64,000 nt of DNA from Candidatus Kaiserbacteria bacterium. GTDB taxonomy: Bacteria; Patescibacteriota; Minisyncoccia; Phycocordibacterales; JABAAK01. Numbering within the stretch: position 1 is the first letter of the stretch; every line of letters begins with the position of its first letter. The position numbers and the translations under genes are program-made. A model generated the notes under the pieces. It was not told where the DNA came from and did not search any database. It was given only the letters and a program-made list of their open reading frames with translations. Below, one piece after another: positions 18,964-29,638 of this stretch. The DNA is taken from contig JAPPJI010000021.1 of the NCBI GenBank assembly GCA_028820405.1, positions 2,770 to 66,769 of the forward strand, written 5' to 3'.

Positions 18964-20346
18964 TCACCCCCTAACACTTGGTATGCTATCACCATGAAAT
19001 TCCTCAATGTATAAAAGCAATACATCCTTGAATGTTTTTAGAACCTCTCCTTCGTGTATTACATCACCTCCCTTTATGCTTAATTCTCCTTCACGAACGA
19101 CCAACCCTTCAATGTGCCTACCTTTAAGCAAACGTGGCAGAAATGGTGCCTTGTGGGACAGGTTTACTGCTGACACAATGAACTTACAGTGGTCTCTCAA
19201 ACCATCAAACATATCACTCTGACCATATTTATTATCAACTATGGGTTCACAATCGTTAGAAAGAGATTGCTTTATAGCGTCAACTAAAGCTTTCTTTGAT
19301 CCGACAGTCTTTATTAAAAAAGACACAGTTCTTTTCATGGGTCTTCCGTATTCCCTCTCTTCAATCATAGAGAACCCTGAACTATTTCTTTTTTGTGAAT
19401 ACTGTAGCGTCCCCAACCCATTGAGGACCTGTCGCAAGTTTATGATATTTTTTCTGAAGAAGTTTTTCAAAAGGAATAATGACAACCAGACACTTATATA
19501 TTGACCTGTTTTATCTGTCACTTGTTTATTTGGTTGTGGGCCAAAAACGGTACCCATATATTCAGCAATAATACCTTTCGGGTCATACTCAAAAACTTCC
19601 TTGCTGTAAAATTTATCAAGATACCCTTGTGAATCTGTGCCAGCACCATATTTGTGGTGAAAGATTGATCGTAGGTTATTATAGTCCGCTACAAAAATTA
19701 CGTGATCAAAACCAAGCCTTTTAGCAACTGTCTTCTCCTCATCCTCGCCAACAAATAAAGAAAATACATTAAATAGTCTGAAAATATGTTCGGGATCAAG
19801 TCGATCCATATCATCAATAACCAAAACTTTCTTCTTTTCTTTCCCCGCAACTTTGCACAACATTTTTCTGATTTTTTCTTCAGTAATCGTCCCAAAAGAT
19901 TCTTTTATCTCTTCAATCGCAGCAACTATGAAATTCGCAATTGGATTGACCCTCCCCAGCAAAGATGCGGTTTTCCACCCTATCTTTACCAACTTTTTCA
20001 TTTTTGATTTTTCCTTGTGCCCTGACAAGGGTCCTTTTTCTCCACCTTGTTCCATAATAGATATCATCAAGTCTTCCTTCATGGTTTCTATCAGTACCTC
20101 ACTTCCCACTATTTGATAAGCTGTGGGGCGAAGACGTACCCAAAAGTAATATTCCTCATACTGCTTAAAAAACCTCTCGATAAAAAACGTCTTCCCTATA
20201 CCAAATTTGCCAGAAAACAAGATTCTACTGTTTCTCAACATCTCCAAATGATGTTTAAAATGATCAAACAAGGGATCTATCGGTATTATCATACCGCTTC
20301 CAACCAACCCGTCTTGGGATTCTTTAGGATCTTTTGTTACATCCAT
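18964..20346 (-). CDS. KAP-family P-loop NTPase
   Basis: Walker A SGKFGIGKT, Walker B VLVIDDMDRL, GYLDKF; visibly AT-rich. Confidence 0.82.
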   Translation of the reverse strand: MDVTKDPKESQDGLVGSGMIIPIDPLFDHFKHHLEMLRNSRILFSGKFGIGKTFFIERFFKQYEEYYFWVRLRPTAYQIVGSEVLIETMKEDLMISIMEQGGEKGPLSGHKEKSKMKKLVKIGWKTASLLGRVNPIANFIVAAIEEIKESFGTITEEKIRKMLCKVAGKEKKKVLVIDDMDRLDPEHIFRLFNVFSLFVGEDEEKTVAKRLGFDHVIFVADYNNLRSIFHHKYGAGTDSQGYLDKFYSKEVFEYDPKGIIAEYMGTVFGPQPNKQVTDKTGQYISVWLSLFLLKNFFRKNIINLRQVLNGLGTLQYSQKRNSSGFSMIEEREYGRPMKRTVSFLIKTVGSKKALVDAIKQSLSNDCEPIVDNKYGQSDMFDGLRDHCKFIVSAVNLSHKAPFLPRLLKGRHIEGLVVREGELSIKGGDVIHEGEVLKTFKDVLLLYIEEFHGDSIPSVRG

Positions 20347-20461
20347 ACACTAATCACATGATAGTGTAATAACGATATGGAGCACAAGTCAAGACATTGA
20401 CCGACAGTTTCCGATCACTATTCATTTGTAGCCGTGCAAGGAGGTTATACTGAATATAAGC

Positions 20462-21541
20462 ATGGTCACCAAAAGCCTAAACAAGGGATTGCATACTGCA
20501 AAGAGAGAAAAGAAAGATGAGTTCTATACCCAACTTACTGATATTGAAAAAGAGCTGAAACATTACAAAGATCAGTTTCGTAATAAAGTTGTGTATTGTA
20601 ATTGCGATGACCCTTATGAAAGTAATTTTTTTAAATATTTTTCTCTCAGTTTCAACCACTTGGGGTTAAAAAAGCTTATCACCACGAGTTACAAACCATC
20701 ACCAATTACTGGCAAACAATTGCCTTTGGTTGAAATTGAAGGATTAAAGCCAGAAGGCAAAGAACCTTTCAAACTTGAGATCAATGAAGTTTTAGACAAT
20801 AACAAAGATGGTGCTGTTGACTTAACAGATGTTGAGTGGCTATTGAAGAATGATGCGAACACCGCCACACCACTTGATAGTGACGGTGATTTTCGCAGTG
20901 AAGAATGTGTAGAATTTCTCAAAGAAGCAGATGTTGTTGTAACGAACCCTCCTTTTTCACTTTTTCGCGAGTACCTTGCTCAGTTGATGGAGTATGATAA
21001 GAAGTTTTTAATCATTGGAAACATCAACGCCATCACGTACAAAGAGACATTTCCGTTAATCCAGAAAAACAAGGTATGGCTTGGAGTAAGCATCCATAGC
21101 GGAGATCGTGAATTCAGAGTTCCTGACCACTACCCTCTAGAGGCTGCCGGGTATCGTGTTGATGACGAAGGCAACAAATACATTCGCATAAAAGGTGTTC
21201 GATGGTTTACAAATCTTGACACAGAAAAGCGGCACGAAAGTCTTGTTTTGTACAAGAAGTACACCCCCGAGGAGTTTCCAAAATATGACAACTATGATGC
21301 CATAAATGTAAATAAAACCTCTGACATCCCGATGGATTATGCTGATGCAATGGGTGTGCCGATCACTTTTTTGGACAAACACAACCCCGATCAATTTGAG
21401 ATAGTAAATTCAAATAATGTAAGGTTAAGCGAAAAAGTTCCGACCAAAGACTCGGGACTTATCAAAGACAAAGAAAGTGCAATAAACGGCAAGCCGACCT
21501 ATGTTCGAGTTGTCATAAAAAACAAGGAGGTGACAAAATAA
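20462..21541 (+). CDS. Adenine-specific DNA methyltransferase, EcoRI family
   Basis: KDEFYT, VYCNCDDP, GDFRSEEC, VVTNPPFSLFRE, MGVPITFLDK. Confidence 0.9.
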   Translation: MVTKSLNKGLHTAKREKKDEFYTQLTDIEKELKHYKDQFRNKVVYCNCDDPYESNFFKYFSLSFNHLGLKKLITTSYKPSPITGKQLPLVEIEGLKPEGKEPFKLEINEVLDNNKDGAVDLTDVEWLLKNDANTATPLDSDGDFRSEECVEFLKEADVVVTNPPFSLFREYLAQLMEYDKKFLIIGNINAITYKETFPLIQKNKVWLGVSIHSGDREFRVPDHYPLEAAGYRVDDEGNKYIRIKGVRWFTNLDTEKRHESLVLYKKYTPEEFPKYDNYDAINVNKTSDIPMDYADAMGVPITFLDKHNPDQFEIVNSNNVRLSEKVPTKDSGLIKDKESAINGKPTYVRVVIKNKEVTK

Positions 21542-21542
21542 C

Positions 21543-22637
21543 ATGAAAATAGAACTCAAAAGAATTCCTGTTCGTGAGGCAGTTAATGGCTACAAAGATA
21601 ATGCCGAGGAGGGTGTTACGGCATACGGCGGCAAACTTGATGTTCGCCCAAAATACCAACGCGAGTTTGTTTATGACGACAGACAGCGTGATGCGGTAAT
21701 TGAAACAATCAAACAAGATTTTCCGCTTAATGTGATGTACTGGATGACAAAAGATGACGGAATTAATTACGAAATGATTGACGGTCAACAGCGAACTATC
21801 AGTATTGGTCAGTATGTGAGTGGTAATTTTGCACTTGCTAATCGTTTTTTCTATAACCTCACAAAAGAAGAGCAGAATCAGATCCTTGACTACGAGCTCA
21901 TGATTTACTTCTGCGAAGGAACAGACAAAGAACGTTTAGATTGGTTTAAGGTTATCAACATCGCCGGTGAAAAACTGACCGATCAAGAAATACGGAATGC
22001 GGTATATACCGGACCATGGCTTTCTGATGCAAAATTGAAATTCAGTAAAACGAGCTGTGCAGCGTACAAATTAGCAAACGACGGAGGAACACTTTTGAAC
22101 GGTGAATTAAACAGACAGCACTACCTAGAAACCGCCCTCTCTTGGATTAATCATGGAGAAATAGATGGTTACATGGCAAAGCATCAGCACGAACCAAACG
22201 CAAACAACCTATGGAGTTACTTTCAAGATGTGATCATGTGGGTTCGCAAGACATTCCCAAAATATCGAAAAGAAATGAGAGGTGTGAATTGGGGCGGGCT
22301 GCACAACGAATCTAAAGACAAAAAATTGGATGCTGAGAAACTAGAAACTGAGGTTGCTCAATTAATGCAAGATGAAGATGTAACAAGAAGGTCGGGCATT
22401 TACCCTTATGTCCTCACAAGAGATGAGAGACACCTCCAAATACGTGCGTTTACCGACAACATGAAACGAGAAGTATATGAGGAACAAGAGGGAATCTGCA
22501 AAAAATGTGAAGAACAATTCCCATTCGAAGAAATGGAGGCTGACCACATTAAGCCGTGGCACGAAGGCGGCAAAACGACCTCAGAAAATTGTCAGATGTT
22601 GTGCAAGGATTGCAATCGGAGAAAATCCGGAAAATAA
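21543..22637 (+). CDS. DUF262 (ParB/Srx-like) domain plus C-terminal HNH endonuclease
   Basis: PKYQREF, IDGQQRT, FKVIN; CKKC..MEADHIKPWHEGGKT..NCQMLCKDCN; SD AAGGAGGTGA. Confidence 0.9.
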   Translation: MKIELKRIPVREAVNGYKDNAEEGVTAYGGKLDVRPKYQREFVYDDRQRDAVIETIKQDFPLNVMYWMTKDDGINYEMIDGQQRTISIGQYVSGNFALANRFFYNLTKEEQNQILDYELMIYFCEGTDKERLDWFKVINIAGEKLTDQEIRNAVYTGPWLSDAKLKFSKTSCAAYKLANDGGTLLNGELNRQHYLETALSWINHGEIDGYMAKHQHEPNANNLWSYFQDVIMWVRKTFPKYRKEMRGVNWGGLHNESKDKKLDAEKLETEVAQLMQDEDVTRRSGIYPYVLTRDERHLQIRAFTDNMKREVYEEQEGICKKCEEQFPFEEMEADHIKPWHEGGKTTSENCQMLCKDCNRRKSGK

Positions 22638-22649
22638 CAACTCACCCCC

Positions 22650-25600
22650 CTACTCCGCCTCTTTCTCTGCTTCCGCTTCTTCAAGACGGCGTTGCACGTC
22701 TTCACTTATCTTCCGAACAATATCATGCTTCTTGCTCCCTTCAAAACCGCTGCCAACCGGCACCAGGCGACCGATGATCACGTTTTCTTTCACACCGTCA
22801 AGGGTATCCTTTGATCCGCTGATAGCAGCCCTGATGAGAACACTGGTTGTGTTCTGGAACGACGCTGAAGAGAGAAAATTACTCCGGGACACCGACACGT
22901 TGGTGATACCGGTCACAATATGCTCCGCCTCCATGACATGTTTCTTTGCCGTTTTCAGCTCTTCATTTGCTTCAATAAATTCACTCAAATCAATAACCTC
23001 ACCGGCAGTATAGATACCGTCACCGGAATCAGTGATCCGAAGCCGGCTGAACATTTGACGGATGATAATTTCAAAATGTATTGATGCGGTACCCACTCCC
23101 TGCAGTTCGTAGACCTTTGAAACCTCGCTCAAAATGTACTCCTGTGTCGCCTCCTTCCCGCAGTACTGCAGCATCTCCTCAAGGTCCGCTGATCCGTCAG
23201 TGAGAAACTGTCCTTTCGTTACTTCATCGCCGACTGCAACCGAAAGCGTTCGAATCGGAGAAACAGAATAACTCTTGTCCGCAGCTGCAACCCGTTTCGC
23301 ACCGACGTTGAGATAAATTGTTCGACTTCCGTCGCTGTGTTCTTCAATCTGCTCAATCGTCCCGTCAGCGTGAGCGATAACTGCCGGCACTTTCGGTGCC
23401 CGTCGTTCAAAGAGCTCGGTCACCCGCGGCAGTCCTGAGGTAATGTCACCGCCGGCCTGAGCGACACCGCCGGCGTGGAAGGTTCGAAGCGTTAGCTGCG
23501 TACCCGGCTCTCCGACCGACTGTGCGGCAATGGTTCCGACCGCTTCACCGAGATCAACAATCTCACCCGTTGTTCGGTCTTCGCCGTAGCACTTCGCACA
23601 CACGCCGCGTGCATGCAGGCAGGTAATCGGTGATCGCACCCGTATCTTGTCAACAGACTCATGCTTTTCAATAGTTCGTGCCAGGTCGCGATCGATAAAG
23701 TCCCCTTTCTTTGCAACCGCTTTCCCCTTGTCACCAACAACGTCTTCGGAGAGGAATCGTCCCCGAATACGGTCACTGAACGAGTCTCCCGCTCCCGATT
23801 CTGTTTCCCGGTAGAGGTTGAACCCTTTTGTCGTACCGCAGTCGTCTCCGTCAATCCGAATCTCCTGTGCAACGCTGAAGAGCTTTCGTGAGAGGAACCC
23901 CGCATCCGCCGTCTTAAGAGCGGTGTCAGCGGCACCCTTTCTCGCACCGAATGACGCATTGAAGTACTCAATAGACTTCATACCGTCTTTCAGTGACGAA
24001 ATAACCGGCTGCTCAATCGGCTCACCTGATGCCGAGTCAACGACACCGAACATCGCCGTCATGTCACCGAGGTCATCAAAGGAGCCACGGGCACCGGATT
24101 GGATCATTTTTCCGACCGGGGAATCTGTCAGCACCTCATCCCGTGCCCGCTGACTGAGATCGCCTTTCACGTCAAGCCACAGGTCAATGTTCTTTCGCTT
24201 TCTCTCCTGGAGAGAGATGGTCCCCTCGTTATACGCATCCATAACCTCCTGTGATTTCTTGAACCCTTCCTGGATGATCGAATCACGATTGCCCGGGCAA
24301 CGAAGGTCTTCCCATGAAAAGGTCACGCCGGATGCCATTGCATATTTGAAACCGAAGTCCTTGATGAGGTCAAGGTGGTCAACAAGCACCTGGCGACCGA
24401 GGGTATCAAAAATGTCTCTCGTAACCTGTTTGAGCATCTTCTTGTCAATAGCGTCGTTAATGTACGGATACTCCTTCGGCAGTGTCATATTGAACAGCAG
24501 GCGGCCTACCGTTGTCTCAAACATCGTTCCCCGATGCTCACCGTACTTCTCTTTGTCAGAAGCGAGCACTTTTATCTTCGATCGAATCCCGACAATGCCG
24601 TAGTCACTCGCGCTAATCGCTTCATTTATGTTTGCAAAATACTTCCCTTCCCCGTGACCGCCTTCTTCAATCTCTGTTGCCCAGTAACAGCCGAGAACGA
24701 TGTCCTGCTCCGCCGGCGTTATGTTAATCTCACCCGATGCCGGTGAGACAACATTCATAGAAGATGCAAGGATGTTCTTTGCCTCTGCCTGTGCCTCCTC
24801 AGAAAGCGGCAGGTGCACCACAACCGCATCACCGTCGAAGTCTGCGTTGTACGGCGTACACACGAGCGGGTGAAACTCAATGGCAAGTCCTTCGGTGAGG
24901 ATCGGCCGAAACGCCTGAATACTCTGCCGGTGCAGTGTCGGTGCCCGATTCAGGAGCATATACTTTCCGACAATAACTTTTTCTAATATCTCCCACACAA
25001 CGGGCTCACGTGAATCAATGAGCCGCTGTGCGCCCCGAATATTGAAGGCAAGGTCACGATCAAAAATCTCCCCGATAATGAACGGCTTGAATATTTCCAG
25101 TGCCATTGTCTTCGGCAGACCGAACTCATCGAGTTTCAGGTGCTGACCGACGACAATAACTGAACGGCCGACAAAGTCAACGCGTTTTCCGAGCAGGTTC
25201 AGTCGGAAGTACCCGGTCTTTCCGCCGAGGTACTCTGATATCGGCTTCAGCTGCCGTGACTGACCGCGACCGCCGGTTGACGGTGCACCGCGACCCGTGC
25301 TCTTCTCAAAGAGCGCGTCAACTGATTCCTGTAAAAGTCGTTTTTGCGTGTTGACAAAGATTGCCGGTGCCTTTGACTCACGAAACTCTTTCAGACGGTT
25401 GTTTCGAACAATGATGTGGCGATAGAGGTCATTGAGGTCGGAACTTGCGTAGCGACCGCCGTCAAGCTGCACAATCGGTCGTATACCCGGAGGAATAACC
25501 GGAAGCACGGTCACGAACATCCACTCCGGTCTGTTTCCCGACTGGATAAATGATCGGATAATGAGCAGCTGCCGCTGCAGCCGTTCCTGCTGCCCTTTGT

Positions 25601-26339
25601 TCGCTGTCTCAAGGTCACGGAGCACCTCCCGTTCTTTCTTCTCAAGATCAATGTCCTTCAGCAAGTTGTAGATAACCTCTCCGCCTTTCTCCGCTTTGAA
25701 AAGATCGGGAAATGACCGCTTCAGCTGATCATGCCGAACGCCGTCAATAATTATTCCGGGCTGCACCGAGTCAAGGTCATTGACACGGGTCTCGTACAGG
25801 ATATTCAGCATCTCACGCGTCTCCTCCTGACCGGCTTTTTGCAGTTTTTCATCAAACTCTTTCTTAATACTCTTGTGCAACTTTTTCCGATCACCCTCAT
25901 CAACGTCAAGCACGTAGTACGAAGAGTAGTAGACAACGTTTTGCACCTGCTGAGCGGGGAGACCGAGGAGCATTGCAACCCGTGACGGCACCTTACGGAG
26001 ATACCACGGGTGTGCAACCGGCGTCGCAAGCTCAATGTGTCCCATCCGCTCACGCCGCACCAGTGCCCGTGTCACCTCAACGCCACAGTTTGAGCACGTG
26101 ATGCCCTGGTATTGATTCCCCTTATACTTCCCACAGCTACACTGAAAGTCATGCTCGGGACCGAAGATTTTTTCGCAAAAGAGTCCGTCACGCTCTGACC
26201 GTTGGGTACGGTAATTGATGGTTTCTGACTTCGTCACTTCGCCAAATGACCACGACTGGATCTCATCAGGCGACGCGAGCCGCAAGTTGAGGTGATCAAA
26301 GTTTTGTGTCTTTCGTATTGTTTTTTTACTATCCTGCAT
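22650..26339 (-). CDS. rpoC: RNA polymerase beta' subunit
   Basis: [40 protein letters not shown]. Confidence 0.99.
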   Translation of the reverse strand: [1229 protein letters not shown]

Positions 26340-26342
26340 ACG

Positions 26343-29300
26343 CTATGTGTACTGTATTTTATCAACCGGACCCGGCTCCTTCTGATCATCCGCCGTGTCA
26401 AGCGTCACGTTCAAGCCGAGACCGCGAAGGTAGTAGAGGAGAACGTTGAATGCTGCCGGCGTCCCCGTCTGCACGATCGGCTTCTTTCTGATAATGGCGT
26501 TGTACGCTATGTTTCGCCCATGCATGTCGTCTGACTTGATAGTCAGCATCTCACGCAGCGTGTGTGCTGCACCGTGACCGAGCAGGGCCCACACTTCCAT
26601 CTCTCCGAGCCGGCCTCCGCCGAACCGAGACCGCCCGCCCGGCGGCTGTTGTGTGATGAGGGAGTACCGACCGGTTGATCGGGCGTGCACCTTGTCTTGC
26701 ACCATGTGCTCCAGCTTCAGTGTGTACACCCAACCGATCGAAACGTCACCGGCAAACCGATCTCCCGTCTTGCCGTCGTAGAGGTCAACTTGACCGCTCT
26801 CCGGATATCCCGCCTCAACGAGCTCGTTCCGAAGTTCATCCTCGGTGATAGAGGTCATCGGCGGTACAATCGCCTGGTATCCCTGTGCATGTGCGGCAAG
26901 ACCGAGGTGCATCTCAAGCACCTGTCCGATGTTCTTTCGGGACGGCACACCAAGTGATGACAGGATAATGTCAATCGGCTCACCGTCACTGGTAAACGGC
27001 ATGTCTTCAATCGGTGCAATACGGGAAATGACCCCCTTGTTTCCATACCGATTTGCCAGCTTGTCACCCACCTTCACACGACGCAAATCAGCGACAATAA
27101 TGTGCACCTGTTTCAGAACACCCATGTCAATCATGTGATCACTTTCGCGGTCACGAACCTGAACAGACACCACCTTCCCCTGCTCTCCCGGCGGAAGTGT
27201 CTTTGAGGTGTCCCGCATATCCTTCGCCTTGTCACCAAAGATGGAGAGGAGCAGGTGCTCTTCGGCTGACATCTGCATCTCACCGCGCGGGGTGAGCTTT
27301 CCGACAAGGATATCGCCGGGAACGACCTCCGATCCGACGCGAATCACGCCGTCAAGACCCAGGTTGCGGAGTTTGCGTTCGGGAACATTCGGAATATCAG
27401 CTGTCATCACGTCAGGACCGAGCTTGGTCTCCCGAACATCAACAACATGCTCCTTCACCTGTATGGAGGTAAGCACGTCATCGTGTACCAGCCGCTCAGA
27501 GACAATGATCGCATCGTTGAAAGTGCTGTCATACGGCAGAAAGGCGACCCGAAGGTTTTTCCCGACAGCAATACTCCCGTCAACCGTTGATGCTATGTCA
27601 GCAAGCACATCACCTTTCTTCACCTTGTCACCGAGAGAAACAGACGGTCGCTGGTGATTTGCAAAGGTGTACGCGGATCCTGCAAGTTTGAACACCTCAA
27701 GATCGTAGCGCTTGGTATCGTTCCTTGACTTCACTGCGATATGCTTCGCGTCAACAGAGACAACCTCACCGTCTTCCTCGGCAACCATGAGCCGACCGGA
27801 TGACCGTGCAAACGCTTCCTCGTAGCCGGTTGCAATCAACGGCTTCTCCGGCCGAAGACAAGGAATTGCCTGTTGTTGCATGCGGGTACCGGTTGCAGAA
27901 CGATACGGAATGGTGTTACTTGCAAACGGCACAAGTGCGGATGCGATGGAGAGGATCTGACCGGTCGCCGCGTCAACATAGTCAACTTCCTGCGGTGACA
28001 CCCGATCATACTGACCGTCATGCCGAACAAGGACCGTTTCCTGCGTGATGCTTCCCTTTCCGTCAGTCTCCACGTCAGCCCCTGCAATTTTGTACCGCTC
28101 ATCTTCTGCCGCGGTCATGAATGCAATCTCATCAGTCACCTTTCCTCCTTTCACCACGTTGTACGGACACTCAAGCAACCCATACTCATTAATACGGGCA
28201 TACAGAGCAAGGTGCAGTACGAGACCGATGTTTCCCCGTTCCGGCGTGTTGATCGGACAGATGCGCCCGTAATGGGTGCGGTGTACGTCACGGACTGAGA
28301 CATTTGCGTGCTCACGGGTCACACCACCGGCACCAAGTGCGGAAATTGTTCTGAGGTGCTCCAACTGGTCAAGGACGTTCTGCTGTTTGAGTGTCTGCGA
28401 GAGCTGATCAGTATTGAAAAATCCGTGAATAGTCGACTGAAAGGTCCTGAGGTTGATAACGTTTGTCGGCAGCTCAAGCAGTTTCGGATCCTGCGTCAAC
28501 ATCTTATCACGCACATTCTTACGTACCCGAATAAATCCGGTGCGTGCATGCTCGTAGACCAGCTCACCGACAGACCGAATGCGACGAAATCCGAGATGGT
28601 CAATATCATCCCCCTCAGCACCCGGCGTGTTGTTCAGCCGCACGATCTCTTTCACGATGACAACGATGTCCTCAAGGTTGAGCACAAGGTTATCCTTCGT
28701 CTCTTCGGTAATGGGCAGGCTAAACCGTTTATTAAAATTAATACGGCCAATCTCACTGATGTTGTACCACTCCGGTGAGAACCGTGACTGCACCATCTCC
28801 TTCGCCCGCTCAGGACTCACGACACTGCCTGACCGGAGCACCTTGTAAAAGGCGAGCCACACCTCATCCATCGTCGTTGCAGTGTCATCGGCAAAACTCT
28901 GCTCTATTGATTTGTGTGCCGCCGGATCGTCTGCAAAAAGTTTCAGCACATCAGCCTGCGTCTCCGGACCGAACGCACGGATAAAGGTGGTGATCGGCAG
29001 CCGTCGTGAACTCTGGTCAACACGGACTGAGACGAGACCGTTTACATCACTCTCAAACACGAGCCAGATACCCTTCCCTTTCTGCGGCACAACCTGTGCA
29101 CCGAAGGTGTCACGGGTTTTCCGCTTCGTCTCTTTGAAAAATCGGATTCCCTGAGAACGAATCAGCTGTGATACGATGGTTCGCTCAACACCGTTGATGA
29201 TGAACGATCGCTGCGGTGTCATCATAGGGATGTCTCCGAAGAGCACCTCCTCTTCGACAACCCGCTTTGTCACCGTATTATTGAGGTGCAGCACAACACG

Positions 29301-29558
29301 GAGGGGGGCGGTGTAACTGGTAAAGGATTCTTTTGCTTTCTGCGGCGAGAGACGGGGTTCCTCAAGGCGGTGGGAGACAAAGGAAATCTTGTACCGATTG
29401 TTTGAATCCTCAATCGGAAAAAACTCTTCAAACAGGCTCTTCAAACCTGCATCAAGAAACGTGCCGTACGACTCTTCCTGAAATGCAAGAATGTCGTTCA
29501 GCGGAAATGACGGCTCTTTGTATCGCGAAAATGTCTTTTTTGGTCTGGCGGTATCCAT
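26343..29558 (-). CDS. rpoB: RNA polymerase beta subunit
   Basis: IINGVER, HYGRICP, GDKLANRYGNKG, GEMEVWAL. Confidence 0.99.
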   Translation of the reverse strand: MDTARPKKTFSRYKEPSFPLNDILAFQEESYGTFLDAGLKSLFEEFFPIEDSNNRYKISFVSHRLEEPRLSPQKAKESFTSYTAPLRVVLHLNNTVTKRVVEEEVLFGDIPMMTPQRSFIINGVERTIVSQLIRSQGIRFFKETKRKTRDTFGAQVVPQKGKGIWLVFESDVNGLVSVRVDQSSRRLPITTFIRAFGPETQADVLKLFADDPAAHKSIEQSFADDTATTMDEVWLAFYKVLRSGSVVSPERAKEMVQSRFSPEWYNISEIGRINFNKRFSLPITEETKDNLVLNLEDIVVIVKEIVRLNNTPGAEGDDIDHLGFRRIRSVGELVYEHARTGFIRVRKNVRDKMLTQDPKLLELPTNVINLRTFQSTIHGFFNTDQLSQTLKQQNVLDQLEHLRTISALGAGGVTREHANVSVRDVHRTHYGRICPINTPERGNIGLVLHLALYARINEYGLLECPYNVVKGGKVTDEIAFMTAAEDERYKIAGADVETDGKGSITQETVLVRHDGQYDRVSPQEVDYVDAATGQILSIASALVPFASNTIPYRSATGTRMQQQAIPCLRPEKPLIATGYEEAFARSSGRLMVAEEDGEVVSVDAKHIAVKSRNDTKRYDLEVFKLAGSAYTFANHQRPSVSLGDKVKKGDVLADIASTVDGSIAVGKNLRVAFLPYDSTFNDAIIVSERLVHDDVLTSIQVKEHVVDVRETKLGPDVMTADIPNVPERKLRNLGLDGVIRVGSEVVPGDILVGKLTPRGEMQMSAEEHLLLSIFGDKAKDMRDTSKTLPPGEQGKVVSVQVRDRESDHMIDMGVLKQVHIIVADLRRVKVGDKLANRYGNKGVISRIAPIEDMPFTSDGEPIDIILSSLGVPSRKNIGQVLEMHLGLAAHAQGYQAIVPPMTSITEDELRNELVEAGYPESGQVDLYDGKTGDRFAGDVSIGWVYTLKLEHMVQDKVHARSTGRYSLITQQPPGGRSRFGGGRLGEMEVWALLGHGAAHTLREMLTIKSDDMHGRNIAYNAIIRKKPIVQTGTPAAFNVLLYYLRGLGLNVTLDTADDQKEPGPVDKIQYT

Positions 29559-29638
29559 TTGTGCTCCTCAACTAACGGAAACAGCACGCCAAAACCAGAC
29601 CAAACGATTGACAACCCCTCTCTTTGTGCTTGTCCCTC

